Source of the DNA: Methanobacteriota archaeon
GTDB taxonomy: Archaea > Thermoplasmatota > Poseidoniia > Poseidoniales > Poseidoniaceae
Assembly (NCBI GenBank): GCA_018650165.1
Contig: JABIGM010000014.1
Span: forward strand, 1 to 10,613
DNA: 10,613 nucleotides
Direction: 5' to 3'
In this document: positions 5,191 to 10,613 of the stretch, one piece after another
Layout: each line of letters opens with the position of its first letter
Numbering within the stretch: position 1 is the stretch's first letter
Translations under genes and position numbers: made by a program
The notes under the pieces: model-generated
What the model was told of the DNA's origin: nothing
Database searches by the model: none
Seen by the model: the letters and a program-made list of their open reading frames with translations, nothing else

Positions 5191-7632
5191 TCACGAAGTC
5201 TTCTTTTTGGATTGAATTAGGTATCCAGCGAGTAGTGTCACAAAAATTCCAAGGCCAATTGGCAATACCCAATCTCCAATCGCGATTTCGGACTCGGTAT
5301 CATCCGCAACAGTTTCGACTTTTGTTAATTCCACATCTTGTGTAGCGGTGTTTGACCATTCTTGCGCATGGCTATCCCATACCTTAGCCTCAACAGTGTA
5401 AATGCCATCTGGGCCCCTTTTTGTATCGGTAATGCAAGTCATCAGTTCAATTCCAGTACACTCCGTGCCTAGTTCAATTGATTCGCCAGCGAAAGTAACT
5501 GACTTCACTAACCCAGTATCTCCATCTACATCCTCTATAGTCCATAGAATCGAAATCGTATCACCGAGTGTGCTAACTGAAGATATTGTCACAGTTGGTA
5601 AATCTGGCACGGAATTCGTAGTTATTATGAGAGTCATGTTATCGGAATTGGAACCATCGCTAACATTCAAATTGAATTGGCTTACTCCAAACATATTGGG
5701 ATTTCCTGCTATCACCAATTCGTTAGTTGCCAAAGAATAACCCACAATCTCCGAGGAACCCGTTATTTCGTAAGAGATTACATCTCCATCTACATCGATT
5801 GTATAATTATCCAAATCGATACTAACCACTCCATCCTCATCCATCTCGACTTCTAGTTCTGTTTGGATGAATTGTATAGTATCATCAGCAGGTACAATAT
5901 TGATTGGGACAAAAATTTCAATGTAGTCAGTCTCGCCATCTGAAACATGCAATTCAACTAATTCGGCACCATTCCAATGCATTTGTGGATCGATTAGTAT
6001 AGTTGTCAACGAGGAATTAATTCGCAGACCGGGGTATTCTCTTGAGAGGTTTACTTGGAGTGGTTGTCCTTCAGGGTCGCTGACATATTCAGATATATCC
6101 AACACTATACTAGGGCCATCTTCAATCTCTTGTTGCTGCGGTATCACTGCTGTCTGTACGACTTTGTCATTAACCGGTAGAACTGTGACATTTACCGTTA
6201 TATTCGCCGAATCATCTCCGGCCGCTAATAGTAGTTCCATCTCCATAGTGCCATCCCATTCTGGGAGATTGTTATGTGTGATTGATATCTTAGATGAAGT
6301 GCGATTTAGTTCTAAGATACTCTGATTATTTCCAACCAATTGTGCACTAACAAATATTACTTCTTCACCATCTGGGTCAACTGCAAATAGATCCGGTGTT
6401 ACATTAACAGACGAATGTTGGTCGAGAGTAATTTCAGGCATCGGGTCTGTTATGTTTAATGGAGTTCCAAGTCTTATGACTTGAGTTCCAAGCCAATCAG
6501 AAAATGAATAATCTGCAATTATTAGTTCGATTAATACACTACCTGGCGACATGACTGTTCCATTAATTGCGCAAGAGGCAATTCCGTTTTGCAATAGCCC
6601 AATCACCACAGTATCATTTGGCAGAATGCAGGATACGTTTCCATACGCAACCCCGCCATCCCTCATTGTTACATTAGCAGTAACAGATAATTCTTGGTCT
6701 TGCATTACCAGTTGTGTAGAAGTATGGATATCGGTCAGATTGTATAATCTAGAACGAGATAAATCTTCATCAATATATGCATTTGAGTCTGCAGAAATTG
6801 ATTTATCTTCTCGATTAAATGCAGCCTGGTATGAGGAATCATCACCTCGTAATGAGAGGTTTAGGTAGGGGATGATGTGGTCTAATGCATGTTGCTGTTG
6901 CCCTTCACGACCCATTGTAGAATCACCATCTATGAATCGTTCAAAGAAGGTATCACTCTCTTGATACCCTAGATGATTTGCACCGAGGGGGTGCATGACT
7001 TGCCAAGCACCGTTCCAGTCTTCAAGATAGGTCATTACGTTTTCACTTGCAGGTGCTATTTCATCTGTAGTTCCTGTCAGGAATAGTGCGGAAGAGGGAT
7101 TGGTTAGTAGTACTTCAACAGTTGTTGATGTCGAAGTTCCTTCCAATCCAAGTCCGAAAAGGCCATCGATTTCATGCTGGCCTTCTTTTACAATTTCAGC
7201 AGCATAATGAGCACCAGTTCCATGACCAGACATTGCAACATAATCTGTTGCAAACATACCTTGTGCGCCAACTAAATCGGGGGTTTGATTGTTATTCCAA
7301 TCCGACAATTGAGAATTGATATCAGACCAACTGGACTCGCAAACTAAAGTGATGTAACCCCACTTTGACAAACCATCCTGTAGCCAGACGTATTGGTCCA
7401 ATTCTTCACCTTCATCTGGGTAAAATACAACAATTGCAAATGGTCCATTCTGTGCGAAATTAGTATCCTCTCCATCTTCTACTGCCGGATAAGAGATTCT
7501 GTATTCACCAATGCCTTGAATGAATCCTTCGGACCATCCTACGAATCCATAATTGACATTTTGTGTAGGGAATTGTTCTGCAAGAGTTGCTGGCAATAAC
7601 AAAATGGCAATCAAAAGTAGAACTTTTTTCAT
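5191..7632 (-). CDS. Secreted, C-terminally membrane-anchored surface protein (813 aa): signal peptide, alpha/beta-hydrolase-like domain lacking the catalytic Ser, Ig-like domain, three cadherin-like (Big_9 / tandem-95-like) repeats, TM anchor
   Basis: Start reassigned to ATG 7632 (MKKVLLLIAILLLPATLA, signal-peptide-like), overlapping the upstream TGA. Head domain shows GPFAIVVF...LSKWGYITL...AMSGHGTG...LFLTGTTDEIAP...GANH...YLNLSLRGD. The repeats carry E-D-G, DxDG, W/F-N-G, VSDG and V.PVND motifs. The C-terminus is WVLPIGLGIFVTLLAGYLI followed by SKKK. Confidence 0.85.
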   Translation of the reverse strand: MKKVLLLIAILLLPATLAEQFPTQNVNYGFVGWSEGFIQGIGEYRISYPAVEDGEDTNFAQNGPFAIVVFYPDEGEELDQYVWLQDGLSKWGYITLVCESSWSDINSQLSDWNNNQTPDLVGAQGMFATDYVAMSGHGTGAHYAAEIVKEGQHEIDGLFGLGLEGTSTSTTVEVLLTNPSSALFLTGTTDEIAPASENVMTYLEDWNGAWQVMHPLGANHLGYQESDTFFERFIDGDSTMGREGQQQHALDHIIPYLNLSLRGDDSSYQAAFNREDKSISADSNAYIDEDLSRSRLYNLTDIHTSTQLVMQDQELSVTANVTMRDGGVAYGNVSCILPNDTVVIGLLQNGIASCAINGTVMSPGSVLIELIIADYSFSDWLGTQVIRLGTPLNITDPMPEITLDQHSSVNVTPDLFAVDPDGEEVIFVSAQLVGNNQSILELNRTSSKISITHNNLPEWDGTMEMELLLAAGDDSANITVNVTVLPVNDKVVQTAVIPQQQEIEDGPSIVLDISEYVSDPEGQPLQVNLSREYPGLRINSSLTTILIDPQMHWNGAELVELHVSDGETDYIEIFVPINIVPADDTIQFIQTELEVEMDEDGVVSIDLDNYTIDVDGDVISYEITGSSEIVGYSLATNELVIAGNPNMFGVSQFNLNVSDGSNSDNMTLIITTNSVPDLPTVTISSVSTLGDTISILWTIEDVDGDTGLVKSVTFAGESIELGTECTGIELMTCITDTKRGPDGIYTVEAKVWDSHAQEWSNTATQDVELTKVETVADDTESEIAIGDWVLPIGLGIFVTLLAGYLIQSKKKTS
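5596..6444 (-). repeat. Three tandem ~92-95 aa cadherin-like repeats within the surface protein
   Basis: Motifs recur at about 92-95 aa spacing: DPDGE..EWDG..VLPVND / EDG..DPEGQ..HWNG..VSDG..VPADD / EDG..DVDGD..MFG..VSDG..VPDLP. Visible at protein level only. Confidence 0.75.
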
Positions 7633-8561
7633 TCTAAGTACACCTCGACTGCAACTAATCTTGTCATCAATAATGACAATGAGGGGAGGTGGTCGGCAAG
7701 GTGAGGCGCCCATAGACTCGCCCAGGAAAATAGGTGTTGTGCACAGAGTAACCATCTTCCATCTGGAACCGTGGATAAATGTATGATTCTACTCTCGAAA
7801 TCTCCTTTCATTGGACCATAGGTGACATTGATGTCACTTTCTCCATTATCCAAATCTATACTGAAATCAGGGTCATCATCGCATAAGATCCAAGGCCCAT
7901 CTTCTTCGAGAAGTCGATTACCTCCTAATTGCTTTACTTTACCACCATTCTCACACCATGCTGCTGCGATTGAACGTGCCGTTCCACCGCCTCCTGTAAT
8001 GCCAAGAACTCCAGATACTGGATGCTCGAATGCTTCTGCGACCAACATCATCCCAGGTCCATCTGTTGAGGCGGCCCACCATGAGCGACCATCCCACCTC
8101 AGAGTATTTACTGAGCGTATCTCCATTGCATTGTCAATACACCTTACCGCTGCTGCAGATAGTTGATGCTTGAGTGGAGCAGTGAGTGAAAGCCATACTT
8201 CTTCGGTTCCACGCAGAGGTTTTTCAAAGTCTAATTCGGGAAGAGGAGCATTTGGTAAACGCAAGTCTGCTTCAACATGCTCCATACTCGCAGTTACTGC
8301 CCTATCGAGTAATGTATTAGCTCTAAACTTGCCCAGAGGTGAGCCGACTAAATCCCAATCAGGTGGCGAGGGGAGTGACCCCGCATAGCCCCATGCTAGT
8401 GCATTTTCTACCCCCTCAGTTGGAATAATTACTACCCCTTTTAGCCCAGGCATTTCAATTCCCTCTGTCCTAGAAAGGTGGGAATGAACAATAGCGGTGA
8501 GAACTGGAGAAAGCGAATGCCCGATGGGCTCGCCTGCAACTCCGTGACGCACCTTCGCCAT
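7629..8561 (-). CDS. aroE: Shikimate dehydrogenase-like protein (divergent AroE family, 310 aa)
   Basis: G.PIGHSLSP, TAPLK (TxPxK), SVNT, STDGPG, GGGGTARS, TYGP and GRWLLCAQ align in order with the AroE motifs. Spacing is atypical (see findings), so the exact substrate is uncertain. Confidence 0.78.
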   Translation of the reverse strand: MAKVRHGVAGEPIGHSLSPVLTAIVHSHLSRTEGIEMPGLKGVVIIPTEGVENALAWGYAGSLPSPPDWDLVGSPLGKFRANTLLDRAVTASMEHVEADLRLPNAPLPELDFEKPLRGTEEVWLSLTAPLKHQLSAAAVRCIDNAMEIRSVNTLRWDGRSWWAASTDGPGMMLVAEAFEHPVSGVLGITGGGGTARSIAAAWCENGGKVKQLGGNRLLEEDGPWILCDDDPDFSIDLDNGESDINVTYGPMKGDFESRIIHLSTVPDGRWLLCAQHLFSWASLWAPHLADHLPSLSLLMTRLVAVEVYLE

Positions 8562-8666
8562 GAAACTTAATCACAAGTTCCAGTACTTGAATAAGCCTAT
8601 ATTTGGTACATTATCTATGATTCAAAACGGGGCAACCATGAATTATACATTGGTTGTGGGCTAATC
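8562..8666. promoter_or_regulatory. Divergent promoter region between aroE and the membrane-protein cluster
   Basis: 105-bp AT-rich gap between divergent starts, with TATA-like TATATTT (8598-8604) and TTATA (8643-8647). Confidence 0.35.
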
Positions 8667-8972
8667 ATGGCAGCAGCAGAAAGGGGGTCTTTCCTCTGGT
8701 TCATGATGGCGGTCACTCAAATCTGGCTTTCAATAAAATTGTGGGAAGAAGTGAGTGGTGCCATTACTACATTATTCGGCACAAGCGCTGCTGCTTGTTT
8801 ACTGCTAGGACTTGTTGTGTTTAGAAAAGAGCAAAGAGAAATGGTGCTCAATCCATTGGGTAGTCTGCAAAAAGAAGTTCATCAAGATGCTATTGACAAA
8901 CAAGGAAAGGGTGTTTGGTTCGGGGTTGGAATGTGGGTATTTACTCTTGTACTAGGTTCAGTAATTATTTGA
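8667..8972 (+). CDS. Hypothetical small membrane protein (101 aa, about 3 hydrophobic segments)
   Basis: ORF fills the space ahead of the NfeD/flotillin genes. Hydrophobic stretches SFLWFMMAVTQIWLSI, AITTLFGTSAAACLLLGLVVF and GVWFGVGMWVFTLVLGSVII. No family recognised. Confidence 0.75.
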   Translation: MAAAERGSFLWFMMAVTQIWLSIKLWEEVSGAITTLFGTSAAACLLLGLVVFRKEQREMVLNPLGSLQKEVHQDAIDKQGKGVWFGVGMWVFTLVLGSVII

Positions 8973-8983
8973 GTTGATTCACA

Positions 8984-9214
8984 ATGGAAAATGGTTCTGA
9001 AGAACTATTCTATGGCTTTTGGCCACTTATGAAACGGTTTTTATTACTATTACTCCCATTGTGGATATTTCTCATTGGATATTCAGTAGGATTGAACATA
9101 ATTGTTGCTTCCATCTTGGCAGGAGTCTCTGTCTCAATAGTGGCTATTTTCGAAAATTTAAAACTCAAACGAGAACATGAATTTATAGAAAATGGCAATA
9201 ATGTCATTAAGTAA
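8984..9214 (+). CDS. Hypothetical small membrane protein (76 aa, about 2 hydrophobic segments)
   Basis: Starts 11 nt after the previous stop. Hydrophobic FLLLLLPLWIFLIGYSV and IIVASILAGVSVSIVAIF, then a charged tail. No family recognised. Confidence 0.68.
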   Translation: MENGSEELFYGFWPLMKRFLLLLLPLWIFLIGYSVGLNIIVASILAGVSVSIVAIFENLKLKREHEFIENGNNVIK

Positions 9215-9240
9215 TATGCATAGGGGCAGTTGGGGTCACA

Positions 9241-9939
9241 ATGGGCGTACTCGATTGGCTTGCTGATGTTTTGGGCGTGTCTGCCCCATCTGCGCTTGAA
9301 TTTGTATTCATGGCTTGTGCTTTTTTTGGCACAATATTCTTCATCCTAATGATGGGGTTAATGCTAATTGGAGATATTTTTGGTGGCATCGTGGATACCG
9401 CATTTGATACTGATCTCAGCATGGATTCATCTTTAGCAATGGAGTTGTTCAGTATACAAGGTATTGCAGCTGCAATAATGATGTTTGGAATGACTGGAAT
9501 GTTTGTTGTTGAATCTACAGGAATAGAAGTTCTTGCTGTTGTGATTGGTGGAATATCTGCAGGCGGTTCACTCTACATGGTAAAAAGTCTGATGAAAGGA
9601 ATAACCAATCTACAGGCAGATGGAACTATGAAACATAGTGATGCAATTGGGCAGACCGGACAAGTTTATTCCCGTATTCCAAAGAATGGCACTGGTGAAA
9701 TCCAAGTCAGTGTAGATGGCACTCTACGCACACTTGAAGCTCGTGCAAAAGACAAAACCCTACATCTCCCTAGTGGCGAACTTATCAAAGTCGTCGATGT
9801 AATTGGTGCAACAATGATTGTTGAAGAATTATCTAGTGGAGATACTACCATCCAGAATATCACTCAAAATATTACCATACAAGATTCAGTTGTATCTGGA
9901 GATGTGGGTAAAGTCGAGGACGAAGATAAAGAAGAATGA
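9241..9939 (+). CDS. NfeD-like (YuaF/YqiJ-type) membrane protein with C-terminal OB fold
   Basis: N-terminal TM helices (FSIQGIAAAIMMFGMTG resembles the YuaF/YqiJ-type F-S-x..F-G-x-x-G segment), then the NfeD OB-fold pattern AIGQTGQVYSRIP..GTGEIQV.VDG....EAR......GE.IKVVDV.G..MIV. Lies directly upstream of a flotillin gene. Confidence 0.88.
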   Translation: MGVLDWLADVLGVSAPSALEFVFMACAFFGTIFFILMMGLMLIGDIFGGIVDTAFDTDLSMDSSLAMELFSIQGIAAAIMMFGMTGMFVVESTGIEVLAVVIGGISAGGSLYMVKSLMKGITNLQADGTMKHSDAIGQTGQVYSRIPKNGTGEIQVSVDGTLRTLEARAKDKTLHLPSGELIKVVDVIGATMIVEELSSGDTTIQNITQNITIQDSVVSGDVGKVEDEDKEE

Positions 9940-9943
9940 GGTG
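9938..9943 (+). promoter_or_regulatory. Shine-Dalgarno site of the flotillin gene, overlapping the nfeD stop
   Basis: GAGGTG 5 nt upstream of ATG 9949, an archaeal SD consensus match. Confidence 0.7.
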
Positions 9944-9948
9944 TTATA

Positions 9949-10613
9949 ATGGATGGGGCTTTTTGGTTAACGGCGATTGGATTTGGATTGATTTTAATTC
10001 TAGCATTTGTAATATTGCTAGTAGTGACTAGGTACAAGCGATGTGCTTCTGACGAAATTTTGGTCGTATATGGAAAGGTTCGCGGAGGAAGAGCATCCCG
10101 TTGTATCCATGGTGGTGCAGTTATGGTTTGGCCATTGATTCAGGATTGGAAGAAATTAAGCCTTATTCCTATGACTATCAATATTCCACTAACTGGTGCA
10201 CTATCACAAGAGAACATCAGAATCAATGTCCCTTCTACGTTCACAGTCGGTGTCAGTACAGACTCAACAATCATGAACAATGCTGCAGAGCGCCTACTTC
10301 ACTTGTCTCCTGCTGCAATTCAGGAAATGGCATCTGAGATCATCTTCGGTCAACTACGTCTGACCGTCGCTTCTCTAACCATCAAGCAAATCAATTCTGA
10401 CCGTGAACTATTCTTTGAGTCAATCCGTAACAACGTCGGTCATGAACTAAACAAGTTAGGACTTAACCTAATCAACGTTAACATCACTGACATTACCGAT
10501 GATTCTGATTTCATCGAGAGTATTGGACAGAAGGCTGCAGCAGGTGCTGTAAACGCTGCAAAGAAAGATGTTGCAGCTGCAGACCGTGATGGTGCAATCG
10601 GACAAGCAGAAGC
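9949..10613 (+). CDS. Flotillin-family SPFH protein (FloT/YqiK-like), 3'-truncated by the window end
   Basis: Manual translation: MDGAFWLTAIGFGLILILAFVILLVVTRYKRCASDEILVVYGK...IHGGAVMVWPLIQD...LSLIPM...ALSQENIRINVPSTFTV...NAAERLL...IIFGQLRL...INSDRE.F...ELNKLGL.LINVNITDITD...IGQKAAAGAVNAAKKDVAAADRDG. This is a TM helix, an SPFH domain and the start of an Ala-rich coiled coil. Open to the window end; absent from the ORF track. Confidence 0.93.
   Translation, partial: MDGAFWLTAIGFGLILILAFVILLVVTRYKRCASDEILVVYGKVRGGRASRCIHGGAVMVWPLIQDWKKLSLIPMTINIPLTGALSQENIRINVPSTFTVGVSTDSTIMNNAAERLLHLSPAAIQEMASEIIFGQLRLTVASLTIKQINSDRELFFESIRNNVGHELNKLGLNLINVNITDITDDSDFIESIGQKAAAGAVNAAKKDVAAADRDGAIGQAE

Noticed and set aside
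7633-7755. 41-aa N-terminal extension of the surface protein given by the ORF track
   Set aside because: It lies inside aroE. ATG 7632 gives a clean signal peptide and an ATGA overlap.
671-8388. Other short track ORFs overlapping purA, tRNA-Ala, gatD, the carboxyltransferase, the surface protein and aroE (for example 3904..4467, 5402..5740, 7822..8166, 2122..2370)
   Set aside because: Antisense or off-frame shadows of well-supported genes, with no recognisable motifs.
9010-10337. Track ORFs 9010..9207, 9207..9422, 9666..9863 and 10101..10337
   Set aside because: Shadows of the membrane-protein, nfeD and flotillin genes.

Overview
Archaeal chromosomal window. TFB and GatD are archaeal markers, and the gene style suggests a Marine Group II / Poseidoniales euryarchaeote (inference). 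Left to right: the 5' part of a tfb gene missed by the ORF track (minus strand, 1-369); a 303-bp divergent intergenic region rich in dyads; purA; tRNA-Ala(TGC) followed 100 nt later by a degenerate copy of its own 3' end; gatD; a PccB-like acyl-CoA carboxyltransferase; a convergent minus-strand pair made of a remodelled shikimate dehydrogenase-like gene overlapping (ATGA) an 813-aa surface protein; two small membrane proteins; an NfeD-like gene; and a flotillin gene that runs off the window end and was also missed by the ORF track. The strongest leads are four. (1) The surface protein has a cutinase/chlorophyllase-like alpha/beta-hydrolase head whose nucleophile Ser is replaced by Gly (GHGTG), mounted on a cadherin-like stalk with a C-terminal anchor, so it is a candidate pseudo-esterase adhesin. 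(2) The CCA-ending tRNA 3' duplicate may be an att scar or an alternative tRNA-like 3' end. (3) The AroE-like protein has a ~64-aa insertion and a shortened Rossmann domain. (4) The carboxyltransferase has an eroded acyl-CoA-binding half. No CRISPR array, transposase, integrase or rRNA was seen. All family assignments come from motif recognition by eye, not from database searches.
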